A DNA stretch of 64,000 bases from Raillietiella orientalis (GCA_036172245.1 JAYWIR010000020.1:1364001-1428000), one strand, 5' to 3'; shown: positions 25,701 through 39,179, counted from the stretch's first letter. Made by a program: numbers and translations. Notes: a model not told the origin generated them from the letters alone.

Positions 25701-28617
25701 TTTACCTTTGGCAATGTTTTTGCTAAGTTCTTACGTGATGAGGTTTTTGGAAGAAATGCTGTAGAACTTTTTTATCTATTTGTAACTATAGCATGTTCTG
25801 GGTCATTATCTATCAAGAGGCAGGTATATGTGAGAATCGTGAAACAAACATGGATATGAATTTGCTTTCCTAGATTTTTTATGCGAAAGCAATCATTTTT
25901 ATCTGTAATTAGGAAAAGTGAGTATTGAAAATGAATTAATAATATTGAATTAGACCATTTCATCCATTGCATTATTATTTGTTATCAGTGTTTTTGCATC
26001 ATGATTTGCCCCTCTTAATTTGATAGGAGTTGTCTTGCTCAATAAACTCTTTAATCCTGAGTTATTTCAGCATCTAAAACTTTGGACACCAAAGGAACCA
26101 ACGAACATTTTAGGATAAGGATGGACTGAATAATTGAACTGAAATGTACATTCATTTTAAGCACTATACTTTGATAGTTAATTATAATTGAAGTCTCCTA
26201 ATAAAGTATTAAAACTACTTTTTTTTCTTTTGTTAAGGAATGTTATCCTGCAGTTTTGAGAATCTCACACCTGATTCTACTTTACTGTTTGGTGCAAAAG
26301 CAAATGTGTTTCGTTAATCATCATTTATTTATATGAACATGATTTATAAGAACACAGTTTTTATGTCTTCCATGTTAAGATCTTAACTTGTAAATATTGA
26401 AATACCAAATCAGAACTGATTTACTGACTGTTGTTTTCATTGAAAATGGCACAGCGATTAAATAGATATAGGATATGCTGTATGTCTTATTACCTGTATG
26501 AAATTCATCTGTTTTGCTCAATTAATTTAATTCACAAAACTTTTGCCTTTCAGAATTTTATCTCAAAAGTGATGAATTTCAGGAAAATTCATTACAAAAT
26601 GTTTGTACTTATGTGAGCAACATATATTCGCTTTTTTAATGAATAATTAGTTATTCAATTTCGGGGTGGCAAATGTTTCAAATCTCATTGTTATTCCACA
26701 CCTGGGTATTTGTGTTTGTATTGTTCAGTGCAAAAGCTTATTTGGTGATCCGGCAAATGTGTACCTTCACAAAAGTTTTAGTGTTCTTGAAACTGAAATT
26801 TCAAATGCATGATGTTGCAGATTCTACTCCAATCTTTTGCCTTGATTGCCACACTAAATATTCATAAACTTTTGTCCCCCTTTTACACATTTAGAACTTT
26901 GTAAGTTTAAAATTCATTATGTTGCATTGTTCTTACCAGTGGGTGCGAGAGTTTGGTGTCATCTAATAAGCAAAGCATTCAGAACATTTGAGACATGACA
27001 GGAGCAAAGTGGGAACATGCAATTTTTCTATTACTTTTAAATTCTTTGCAGTGATCATGATGCTTTGTAGCAAGTAATTCCTTTGAAAATCTTGTTGCAT
27101 GGCAATTATAAAGCTGATTTGCTCTTTCTACTGAATATGTTTAATCATGAAACTTCTAAGCAAAGAGAACTAAATAGTTCAATTTTCGTTTTTTAGTCCA
27201 TTGTTGGGATTATAGAAGAATCGTGGCTCCAAAAGTTAATTGCAGACCCGAAGATGAGTTGGCCTACACTGCAGAACTTATACATAAAAACTTTTCAAAT
27301 TATTCTGCTTGGCATTATCGTATGAAAATTTTAACACAGTGTTACTCCAATTCCATTGGTAGTGCAACTTTGCCAGAAGATGTTCTCATAAATGGTAAGT
27401 CAATGTATTCTGTTATGAAGTCAATTCGTTTGTAGAGTTGAAAATGGTAAAAAATGCTGTATTTACTGATCCTGTGGATCAGAGCGCATGGCTGTATCAC
27501 CGATGGCTTCTTCAACAGAAGAACTATGAGAAACCCAGAATTTTGGCCATGCTATTGCATTTGGCACTAGGGAAATGCATAATATTGTTTGATCAAAATT
27601 TGGAATGGAAAACAGATACATTGGTTCTAAAAATCAACAATGTAAACCATGTTCATTGGATTTCCCCCATTAATACTAACCCTTCGTTATGGGTAAGTTT
27701 CAGTGTGATGAGCATGTTGTGTTCAAAAAAATGCAAAGGTTGCAGAGTTAATGGATAATGATGATACAAAGTCTATTACTGTTGACATTTCTGGAAGTAT
27801 TGTGGGCTCTGATAAATGGGTCCGCACATTTGAAAAGGAAGAGAGTAAAATATTTGTTGCAGATCTTCAGCCATCTTTTGCTCCTCTTGTATCAGATGCA
27901 ACTAATTCTATACTGTTGAATGAATTACAACAATATCAAGTACTTTATGAGTTAGAGCCTGATAACAAATGTGAGTGTAAACTTGTTTGCTATATTTGAT
28001 TAGAATTTCCTACAGGGTGTAAGCTAGCCCTGATATTTCTTATGCAAACAATTAGTTTGCAGTCTTATTATTCAGATATCATTCTTCTCCTAGAAAATTT
28101 AGAAAAAAGTGATTCACTTCGTTGTTCATACTATTCGTCATTACGTAAGTTGTTTGTGCATTTTTTATTTTTACTCTAGGAATATGTAGGAAGTAGCATT
28201 GTAATTCAACATGCTGTACATGAACAATCATTAGATGCTCATACAGTTGATCTCAGCAATCGGTTGATAACTTGTGTACAGCCAGCAAGCTTCCTGGCAT
28301 TTGCAGATACTGTTATATTATCAAGAAACTATATAAAAGATTTGTACTTTACTTCCGCACTGGTTTGTTGCACAACTTTAGTATTGGATCATAATTCTAT
28401 TGAATCATGTGAAGGTGTACAGGGTGCTGTGTCCTTAAAATTTCTTGATATAAGTTGGAATCTTGTGAATGATTTGAACAATGTGTTTCAATTACAACAG
28501 CATCCTAAACTCCAATGTATTGTTCTTACAGGTAACCCAATTTGTGCCACGTCAGCATTTGTGGCCTCTTATGATAAGTTATGTGTTGAAAGTGGCAAAA
28601 AATTTATTATTGCCTAA
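22786..28617 (+). CDS. RABGGTA: Geranylgeranyl transferase type-2 subunit alpha (Rab GGTase alpha): PFTA repeats, Ig-like insert, C-terminal LRR; initiator ATG lies in an unlocated upstream exon
   Basis: Exons 22786-22902, 23104-23234, 23287-23474, 27197-27394, 27436-27692, 27739-27970, 28016-28144, 28190-28617 are all phase-consistent. Hallmarks: (M)HGR, NPEHYTLWNLR, SPKCYAVWHHR, DERNFHCWDYRR, NFSNYSAWHYR, NAVFTDPVDQSAWLYHRWLL, ELEPDNKWC, and LRRs ending LTGNPIC. Confidence 0.95.
24175..24272. repeat. Compound (TA)n microsatellite with TTCTTT...AAAGAA palindromic units in the long RABGGTA intron
   Basis: Several TA runs; 24243-24268 (TTCTTTATATATATATATATAAAGAA) is a perfect palindrome. Confidence 0.9.
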
Positions 28618-28675
28618 AGTGCTGGAAAATACGAGCACTTTTACTATATTTTTCTTATGTGATTTCATGTTTTGA

Positions 28676-28681
28676 AATAAA
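28676..28681 (+). terminator. AATAAA polyadenylation signal of RABGGTA
   Basis: AATAAA about 60 nt after the TAA at 28617. Confidence 0.6.
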
Positions 28682-31599
28682 AGTTCTTATCGTGATTTGT
28701 TATTAAATGGGAAACTAATGCTTCCAAGGAATCCTTTGCATTTAAAATAGGTTGGGTAAAATAAATTTAAAAAATTCAAAACTTCGTTAACTCTTAACCA
28801 TTATTTCCTTGTAGTAAAAATTTGTTTGAATATCTTCATACCGAGGTATGAAGATAATTGTGGCTTAAAATCAAAACTGAACATTTCAAATAAAATATAA
28901 ATGTATCATTCGGGTTGAGAGACTGTTTATTCGTTGTAAATTGTAAATTTCTGTGATTTTGATTTATGTTTAGATTTAGCTTGGAACCAAAAATGTGCGC
29001 TGCAGAGTGGTATTGCAAAGCCAATAATAGGAATTGATATTTTTGTAATCGTAATTACTGGTTACTTTGCTTATTCAGTATTCAGGAAATACCATCATTG
29101 CAACTGTTAAAAGAGTTTAGTTTTAAATATTTTTCAATGAATTTGTTTCTCCATGATTGCAGTGCCAATTTTGGCAGATCATGATGGAAAATGATGGAAA
29201 CGTACTTTGCAATTTTTTTCAATAAACTTATTGCATTCCCCTCCGACTCGGATCGACTGCCCTTTGGGGATCATTAGTATTAAACTCAATGTGGCATTAC
29301 GTTGGCAGCATATATGACATTCAATCCGATCTCTTTGATTTGTTCAGCCTTTCGGCAAAGCAAAAGTAAAGATCGAAAGTATTAATTGCGACGATGATAT
29401 TGCATCAGACTTCATTCTGTTAGAGGATGTTTCACTCGAAGATCCTTAATTCTATTCATGAAACATCAGCTTATGAAGGCAGGTATGCAGATTGTTCTTT
29501 GTAATTTCTCCTCCCGGAATGAAGTTGTGACGAAGCAATCGCCAATGTCACACAAGGACTGGAAACCAGAATTGACCCTTATGTCCTTTGTTTTTTGTCG
29601 ATGCAATTTCTCCCTATTGGTTGCAGATGTGAGTCGAGATCTTGGGATTTATTCTGCATTGGTTTTCTTTATTTATTTTTTTTTAAAGTTTCGGAGCACA
29701 CACTCTTGAAATAATGCATTATTCAAAAAGGGGGATGGATCCTATGATTAACTGTACTATGATTCAGGAACCTGAACGATGAATTGTTATTGATAGAAGT
29801 AGATGCAGCACAGAAAACAAAAACAACCTGTGGCTTTATTTATCAAGTGCGGCTTCGAAATAATTTTTGGGTTAATCCAAGCAGTCAATTCCCTATTTGC
29901 ATCTTAAAAGTTGCTGTTTTCAGTGGATGACGATGGCAGAATGCGAGTTTCATTTTTAGTGGCGAAAAATGCATGCACTTTAAAGTTTAATAGTTCCACA
30001 TGCAAACTTACTGATTTGTTGCCGAATTTGGACCGCTAGAAGCCAAGAAAGTTCGTCTGCATTCCTGGCTGACCTGCTTCCACTTGCTGTATAGCTCAAG
30101 TCAAGTAGGACCATAAATGGATTTTCAGGTGTGATGCTCTCGCAAGGAATAAGAAGAGCAGTGCTTTTAACAGCAGCAGTCGTTCCCGCTCAGGAATCCT
30201 CGTTTGCTTAAGATAAACCAAGACTCGTCTTGAGATTGGGCAGTCGCCAGAGGGAAATTTTTTGGTTGCCGATTTGAATCCTGAATTTGATCCCGATCCC
30301 CCCAAGCATCCCTTTACGTTTACGTGCCTATTGATGTAGCCATGTGAACATTCTTTGTGTGCTCTCCGTAATTTTGTGGCATTGCATCTGCGTCGCTGTC
30401 GTTGCATTTCTAGGCAACATTCTTTTGATGCTGCCATACGGCTGCGACATGCGAATGCTAATGCCATGTGACGTTCCTGCGGCACCAACATCCGCATGCT
30501 CATTTTTTCACATATCTTGGGACACATTAGACATCTTTCACATATCATGACCTCATTATAGGACAAATTGGACGTCGAATTGTCGTCTTAATCAGTGGTT
30601 AGTTTATGATTCGTGTGCTTGTGTTGATTTTTGCATGTGTATTGAGTATAATAAGGAAGGAAATATATGTACACAAACAAGTAACGTGGTTGATGTTGTT
30701 TTCTACCTTTTTTGTATTTGTATCATGTTGACAACGAACATTATGTGTAATGTGCATCAGTAAAGATAAGTGAATATAAAATAAACGATGTTGTATAAAA
30801 GCAAATGAATGTTTTCATATGCCGATGTACCTACAACGCAGCATACGAATTGCATCTAAGCGGTAGTGACTATGACCTTAGTAGATGAACGCATAGATGT
30901 CACCTTTCCCAGAGGTTAGCCAATTGGAAAAGAAAAGCTGACGGGGATGGAAAATCGTAAATGCACGAGTCGGTTCTTAAGTTCTGCAAACCTCGCCGGC
31001 GCGAGAAAGGAAACTTGAAAAAGTCAGAAGGACTTGAGTGAGGTTGTAACAGAGGGCACTTCTATGACCTTTTTTTTTTTTTTTTACACAAAGAAGACTA
31101 TGGCTATGAGGGTTACGATGGTGGGACGAGGATTGACAATTCGTGCAGGTACAGCACACAGCTTCATGTGGGCGTGTCGCACTCTTGGGCAACAAGTCGC
31201 AGCAGCAGCAAAGTTTCGTTCGCGAAGATTCGCCTCAACCAATGAACTCCAAATCGATTTTCTCCACGACCCTTGAAAATTTTCAGTGGTGTAGCAGCAT
31301 AGGAAAAATTCTTTCCGCGAACCCAAATATACCCAAGAATGATGTTTTAGACATGAAAACGACTTTTGCGGTTCCCCAAGTCAATGACAGCTTCTTGAAA
31401 CCAGGCCTTCTGAATCATTATGAAAGCACAGATGGGTGTATGATGGATGTTTTCTGCCTCGCATGCACAACGGCACGTGCAGTCGAGCTGTTAACCAACC
31501 AATCTTCCCCAAACTGTGTTGGAGGATTGAAGGAATCCTTATGGTTGTCGGAATGCCTCGTCTCTGTACCAACTCGCTCCCTTTGTTCGTGCCTCTCAT

Positions 31600-32100
31600 G
31601 AGAAGACACTCGTAGTCCCGGTGTGCGTAAGGCGCAGCAGTGATAACTCGGAACTGATATTTGGCGTTCCCCTCGGGGCCACCGGTTGAGGAGGAATTTT
31701 TGTTCCGCATTCATTAGCGTTGCCCTTCAAACGAACTATCGATTCTTGTAGTTGCAGGTAAAGTTTTGGACCGTGACTGCGGGTTATTCGGAAAAATGAA
31801 ATGTTTCTGGTGCCAAATCTGTCCACATACATCCCTGGGTTTGTTTTTGAGGCCTCTGATAACATGCAGACCCTGGTCAGAGGTAATGCCTTTCGTATGC
31901 AACGCTGCTGATAACAGTCGACAGTTGTTGGGGTCCGGCTGGGCGCAGGTACTCTCACTTCGATCTTGAAAGCTTACCATTGCTGGCGGAAATGAGAAAT
32001 GACAGTGGTGATGACTCCGGCAACTTCTTGTGTCTGACCACCAGGCACACGAATAGGGTTTGAGAATGGAAGGAAGCACTGTAACCTACCCAGTTGGTGG
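31600..32100 (-). mobile_element. Decayed LTR-retrotransposon integrase core relic
   Basis: GITSDQGLHV...VCGQIWHQKHFIFPNNPQS resembles the rve motif I.SD.G..F....C...GI.H....PY.PQSNG. In a shifted frame, RGTPNISSELSLLRL resembles R.TP..STG.SP..L. Frameshifted. Confidence 0.5.
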
Positions 32101-34595
32101 GCTCATTTCCGAGGGAGTAGGCTGGAAGGAAAAAAATGCTCCCAAAGAACCTACCATCCATGATTCTGGGTTGTGGTGCTGCTCTTCCCTCAAGAGGTTT
32201 TAGTTGAAAGCTTTGGAATTGATCTTTCATTCCATCCAACTGCCTCTGCTTTAGGAGATAGGGAAATGTCACATTTTATGGTTGAGTTCTCCGCGACCGT
32301 GGGTTGTTGTTTCTGGACCGCAAGATCGGCGAAGGACAACTTTAATTTGGCGGGAGCAAACTTGGAAAAATGCCCCGTTACGTTGGCATGCAAGTGAACA
32401 GATTCCCATGAGTTCAAAGAATCCTGTCGTCACTTGCTCAGTGATTTTACCAAGTACTGTTCTTGACTAGTGCGGGAGAAAAATCGAAATGTATCTCGGC
32501 CGCATTGGGATAAATTGCTACGCAACCCAGCGTGACAGATTATGAATTCTTGATTCCATGCCCTTTTGAAGATGCGTCATAGCTTCCACTGCATTCGGAA
32601 CCGGTGCTGGGTCGCATGACTCGGCATTTTGCAATCCACGAGACGCCGAATTCTCATTTCACCGGAAAAAAAAAGCAAAACTGTTCTCCTCACTTGTCAG
32701 TCTTCTACGTATGTAATCAAATACGCTCGTGAATGATCTGTACATTGCAGATTATTGGGGCAGCTGACAGCCTGGATGCACAAAAGCGTGTTCTTTGCCA
32801 AGTTTTTTCAGTCTTTTCCACTAAGCTCTGCTTAAGGATAGAATGGAATGGCCAAGTGTTTCTGCTTTCTGTGACCTTAATTTTGATCGTATTTCCCGGA
32901 CGCTTTTCTGCGTGATATTTTCTTAAGACTTTGAATTATTCAGTTTCAAAAGTCATTCGTTTGAATCGTACCATGGGGCGGCGTCTTTACAGACAAAAAA
33001 AAAAAAAAAAACATTCATCTTTGCGTTATCCTCATCTTCATTACGGCTTTACAAGCTTCGATGCTCATTGGACTTTATCAGCGTACCTAAAAATGCTGTT
33101 TTCCTCCTAACGGTTTAATCGTCTTTTAATAACGGATGTCTACAGGCAATTTCTTTTTCAGGGTGGATACTTTCACAGTTTCGCACACATTCGAATTTCG
33201 CACTCATTACGATGGTGCGGAGGAATCTTAAGACCCCAGTTGTTAAGATTCCGATCAGTACATGTGTACAGCTTACTGTGTTCATCCAGCATTTCCCTTG
33301 AAATTTAGTCTCCAAGAGTTCAGCGCATGTTTTAAATCATGCTTGTCCTGAAAAAGTGAACCGGCTTTTTGTTGCAACGGGATAAATCCCATCTCTGGGC
33401 ATCGGAGTGCTTCCTCTGTTCCATGCTTCCAAAGCATTGGAGATTTTTATGATGCCATCTTCATTCATGGAGTAAATATTAGCCGTGGCTTCATCTGTAA
33501 TCAATGTCGATGCTGATTCCAATTCCAGATCGTTTCCTCTCTCTTTCAGCAACCGCATTAACATGAAAAACTGATGGAGTTTGGTTCATCCCATGCGGCC
33601 TATTCAAACCTTTCCCTATAAACATCCACCTGTCACCCGCTGATGTCTTTTGATCCGAGGAGTTTGCATTTGCACTCGTCTCTGTCTCGGTCTAAAAGCG
33701 TACAGGAACTTCAGGGACCCCAGACTTCGTTTTTACACAAGCACAAATCACGCACAGATAGAATTTTTCTCTCTCTAGGGCAAAATTTTCGCTTTGGGTT
33801 AACCAGATCACAGCAGCAACGGTGACCTTTTCTTTTCTTTTTTAATAAGTAGTTACTGTGTCTGAGTATTAGCCATGCTGTTTCCTTGATGCACACGCAT
33901 AATCATGATTAAGTCGTAATTTTTTGTGTGTTCATAAATTGTCTCGAGGTCGTGGAAAGTTTTCCTGTTGGTCACTCACCTCGAGCAGCTATCTGAATCG
34001 TAGAATGCAAGCGTTCCTTGTCAGAGTTGGTTCCACTATTCCCATTGGATCAAGCACCTGCCCAAATGGAATGGAATTTGTCTTCTTTTACTTCCCATTA
34101 CTGAGGCCTTCTTCCAAAGAATCCAATGGGAGAAATGTTCAACTAATCATAATATTTTCTATAATCGGAAGGATATTTCAAGAGCCTGCTTCGCGACTGA
34201 TGGAAGTTCTTCGTCTGAAAATGACTGACATCATTCGTCTTCGGATGATCGGCAGATCAAGTCCAATTTTCGGTTTCTTCGGTTCACACTTTAAAGCTTT
34301 CTCTTTCCAGAATCATTCGTTGTGAACGCCTTATCAGTTACTTGGCGGTTTGTTTTCTTTTCGTTGCCTATATGGGAAGACAGCCCTCAGGAATCCTTGT
34401 TGTTGAGAACCTCGAGGGTGGATAATTTTGCTCTCGCCGATGATGATGATGCTTCGATTCCTTGGCGTTACCACCTAAGCAGCATCGTCCATTCGTCACA
34501 GGCCAGAGTCCTCAAAATGAGTTCAGAGTTCTCTGCAAAAAAAAAAATTCGTATCCTTGATGAAGTGGTTTCTGCATTCGTGCACCAGAAAAATG

Positions 34596-34633
<38 letters not shown>

Positions 34634-35715
34634 GACACGTGATCTCCATTTTTCCGATCCCTTTGAACGTTTCGCGTCATTTGGAAATTCGAAGACATTC
34701 GGTTGGTTATTCCTCCTGCTAAGTCTGTCTGCACGATGTTTTCTGACTCTTTTTGACAGCTTTGGTATAGGACGTTGCGATAAGCGTAAGGCCGCCAGCA
34801 AACTGCAGTAAAGGAAAGAAAATGGAAGTGGATGTAGAATTTGTGTTACACCTATATAGAATCAGCTGAATCTCACGGCTCCTCCGATACTTTTGGACAA
34901 TCCCAATTGCTTTGTTTGCTTCTTAGAACAGTACTGGAACGGTTGGTCATCATTTGTTTGGAATTTGATGGAAGCCACCAATTTAATGATTACTGATTGC
35001 CATATTATTTTTGTTCAATGTTTTCTTTTTCAAAAACAAAAATTCTTTTTTTTTTTTTTTTTTCTACTGACACGGAGTTAATTTTTTTTATTTCCTGTGA
35101 TTTAAAGACTTCGGGCGAGATTTCAGCGGTGGCTTCCATTCCAGTATTCCACATTTTGAAAAGGATATTTTTTTGGGGGGTTACGTAAATCTCGAGTTAC
35201 CTCCATTGCAGCTCGTCGCCCAGGAATGCACGTTGTGATGGCAACCGCGCTGGTGGAGATTCTAACAGAAAAAAAAAAAAGGTGTTCCCGTAAGGAACCA
35301 ACCTTCGGATACGTAATTCGAGAAATCTCACTCTGCTGAGAAGCTGCAGCATGTGATCCTGTTGCGGGAGCTGGGAGGAATCGGCGAGCCGCCGCGGCAC
35401 CCGGCGCGCATGCAACTGGATGGGAGAACCGGCCCGCAGTCGTTGCCCATAAACAATCCCGTGCTGCCATCTAATTTCGAGCCTGGCCACTAGGTCCCGA
35501 TTGTTTTCCCATGCATTTCGGTTACTTTCTCAATTTGTTGAATCGTCCGTTATGGGTTAGCGTGGTAAAGCCAGCGTGGTGTTAACGTGCTGCTGCTGTC
35601 CTCGTGTAGATCAAAAAAAAAAAAGAAATGGTGTTTGAGCGTGTACCGCTCCGTGGAAGCGGCGTTATGTGTTAGTGCACACCCAGTTGGAAATAGAAAA
35701 ATTCTCCGGTTTAGG

Positions 35716-38700
35716 ATGGAAACGGTTGTAGATTCCTTCGGACATCTTACGATGACGGATTTCATGAACAGCATGATCAAGCAGGAGGATCTGCAACGGT
35801 ATGAAACGTGAATTTCAGCGTCCGAGGAAATTAAAGACTTTGAACCGATAGGTTAGTGTTGTTCAAAAATCATTACAAGAAGTACATGGAAATGTCGAAA
35901 ACGTACGAGGAAGTACTGACTCAGCTATCTGCTTACGAGGAAGAACTCGCGAAGATGAAGGTTTTTCGTTTGCTTTTGTTTTGTCCTTTGTGGGGAGGTG
36001 CGAATACAGCAGTTTTGGTCGAGTCCCTTTTAATTTTCCCTTTTTACTTTTTTTTTCATTTTTTTCTCGTTTTCCCTTCGTGTGGTGTATTTTCTTCCGT
36101 GGGAACCGTGGGAACCCCACTGGAACGAACCTCCGTGTAAACGCCGACGACGGTTTGCAGCTCTTGTAATTGCCGTTGTATAATCAGGGAAAAGAACGCG
36201 GTGGTGCAGATTGTGTGATGCAGTCGCGTTTCATCTGTCATTTGCAAGAAGGTAGCTCTTGGTATTGATTTTCTGGTTTGAAAATTCATCGCTTTCCTTC
36301 TCTTTTTTTTTTTTTTTTTGGGAGGGGGGGTCTTGTTTTCCCCCTCCCGTCCTCCCCCCCCCGTTTTCTGTTTTTGCTTCTGGGCACAACCAGCTCATTT
36401 CATTCAGCCGCTGCATCTTTTCGCAACTTATCGCGGTGTTTGGACCGCCATTCTGAGTTTTTTTTTTTTTTTTCCTTCCCCCCTTTCGCTGCACTCGGTC
36501 TGGCATCTCTGTGAAAAGGTGAAGTTTTCCAGATCGATATGGAACGGAGTGTTCCATCGAAAATGCTTAAGGCCATTCTGCCTCCTGATCCTCGGTACAA
36601 GTGTGTTTAAGCAAGTTGTGTTTCTCTTGTTGATCCCACCTAGGTTCTCTGCGTGAGCCTGGAGGATGAAAACCAAAGTTTGGAGGTGCAGTTGCAGGAG
36701 AAGGAAGCAGTGTTACGCAAAAAGGAAGATGAGCTGTTTGCTGCTGATGAGAAAATAGCCCAGCTGGAATACGAGGCCGAGATGGTTAGTGCAGCGAAGA
36801 TGGAGCGCCATCTCGAGTCGCATCGCCGCCGTGTGTTTCGTGTTGTGCTCTCCTCCGTGGGCGCTTCTCCGAACGTAGTCCCACCGTGGTCCGGACACAT
36901 TCTGCCCCTGCTTGCTGTCGCCGTGGAATGTCAGCCTGGGAAGTTCCGATCACGTTTTGATACGCCGTGCCTATCGGCGAGATAGCGCTCTCCCTGTTGG
37001 GACAGCGGAGCAAACATAAATCAGCTCTAGACCGACGATAAATCAGCTCTTTTCGGCCTTTGCCATCTCTCGGTTGACAGCACACCCATTAGGTGACACC
37101 GCTGGGCGGCTGCGGGGATTGAGCCGTGCTCGAGTACTTGCCTGTCGGATCGGCAGCACTTTTCTGCGCCCAAGATGCTCCCGTGAGACGAGTATTTGGC
37201 GTTTTTGGAATTCCAGACGAGTCGTCTTGGAATTCCGGGAAACGAAAGGCGCTCCCGCTCCGGGTGACCCTTGTTGAAGATGTGCGTGCCTTGTGCGGCT
37301 GGTTAGAGGCGTGGATGCTGAGGTGCCCTCCTGGGATGTCCGGCACCGCACAAGTGCCAGGGTGCCGTGGATCTAGGGAGAGATCTAGGGAGGCCTTCTC
37401 AGGTCCCTCCCGGGACAACCGAGGTGGAATCGGCATGACTGTGGGAACGTGCAGTTCGTTTGCCGCCGGGACGGGAAGAAGATTGCAGGAAGTTGTCCGG
37501 GGATTCCTACGCAGCGATCAGTGCGGTCCGTCGGGGAGATGACTTTCGCGCGCGTTTCTGTCACCGGTCGGAAGGGTGGGTTTCGCGAGCAAAGGGTGGG
37601 CAGGGCGGCAGGCAGACTTTCCCTTCCGGCTCCGGAAGCTGCGAGAGAACTCGATCGTGGGGAATGGGGTATGCGTTCCTCCCGACCGATTCGAACCTCA
37701 TTGCCAGGCGACCAGCGCTCTGTGAGGTCTCAACGTGCGTTGCGCGCGTATCCGCGCATCGATGATGTTCGGTCGTCTTTGTAAGCCTCACCGTTCATCT
37801 GCACGCGCGTTTCAGGCGGGCGAGCGTAAATCACAATCCGGGCCACACGATCCGGTGACGTGTGTTTGAGAGCGCCTGCTTCCCTGCTTTGCGGAAATTT
37901 GTGCGGGAACAAGAGGTCCGTCGGAGGGAGTCTCCATGCAGACGATTTTTCGCCGATCTTCTTGCAGCAGCCTGTCCGCGCCGCCTTGCATGTAAGCTCG
38001 TGCGCGCGCGTTGCGTGTGTGTCGGAGCTGTCGTCTCTTGGTAGATGTCGCGGCAGGGGAAGACCTATGCGCCCCGGGGGCGTGCCGGGAAGGCGTTCGT
38101 CTGGGGTGAGGAGTGGTCGTGCGCGAGGCCGTGGAGCGGTGCGATCTGCGTGTTGTCCGTCTCCATAGGAGAAGTCGCTGCGCCTACATCTGGAAGCCAC
38201 AGTGAACAAGGCAGGCGAGGACAAGAAGGGTCTCGAGGAGCGGCTGCTGAACGCGAGGAGGGAGAGGAACGAGGTCCAGCTCAAGTACCAGGTGCTGCTT
38301 TCCGAGGTGAGGCGCCGGACCATTTCGCATTTTCCGATTGACCTCCGGGCCCGCAGAAAACGGAGCAGAGCCGCACCCTCACGTTCGAGAAGCGACGCCA
38401 CGATTGCGAACTGAGCAACGCTCTGCGGCAGTGTCACTTCTGGGAGAACGAGACTCAGGCCCAGATGGAGCAGACGAAGCTGCTGGAGACCCAGATCCGC
38501 TCCGCCCTCGAGCTGCAGCATCTGTACCGTCTGGGCATCCGCCATCTGGTTACGTGCCGCCGGCCCTTCACGTGCCGCGTGTGTCGCAAGGTGCGCCATG
38601 CTTACCGCGCGTGCAACAGGTACGCGCGCGCTTTCCTCCCTCGCACTCACACGACTTGTGTCCCTCTACTCTGCCTCCTCTCCCCGTAGCTCCAAGCTGA

Positions 38701-38976
38701 GAGGCAGCAGCAGCTGCTCCGACGGCACGTGGGACAGCGGCTTCGCCGACCAGCCGTCGTCTTCCCAGGACGGGGAGTCCGGATCCGAAGGGCACGAGGG
38801 CAGAGGCTCCGGGACGGTGCGCAGGTTCTTCCGCAAGATGAGCTCGAGGTAAGCGCGGGAGAGGAGGAGGGAGGAAGGGATGAGCGGGCCTCTTCCCTTT
38901 CCCTCGTTCCCGGTAGGCCTCATTCCCCTACTCGTGCGCTTTCAGGTGGAAACACCGGCAGGCGATTCACACGTGA
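35716..38976 (+). CDS. Uncharacterised coiled-coil protein (307 aa, 7 exons) with a C-terminal H-x3-C-x5-C-x2-C motif and Ser/Gly-rich tail
   Basis: Exons 35716-35798, 35852-35960, 36644-36784, 38169-38306, 38357-38619, 38690-38848, 38946-38976. All junctions are GT-AG and phase-consistent (924 nt in total). Heptad E/K/L-rich content, strong GC3 bias in the 3' exons, and AATAAA at 39011-39016. Confidence 0.8.
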
Positions 38977-39179
38977 ACCCGCGAAACAGGAGCGGCGGAG
39001 GACCAGCGGAAATAAAACGGCAGTTGCCATCGTTACCCGATGCCACGCGGTTTCTTCCCTGAGAGGGCGCCGTTCGTGTCGCTCTGGCGCGCCACCTACC
39101 GAGGGTTCCCGCCGCCTTTCCTACCATGCGTCGTCCCTCTCTTTCAACCGCTGTTCCCCCGCATGGGAAGAGGGGGCAC

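Noticed and set aside
30096..30566. 156-aa Cys-rich minus-strand ORF
   Set aside because: No recognisable domain or splice signals. It may be TE debris but cannot be supported.
37730..38650. 306-aa minus-strand ORF
   Set aside because: It is the antisense shadow of the GC3-rich exons of the coiled-coil gene.
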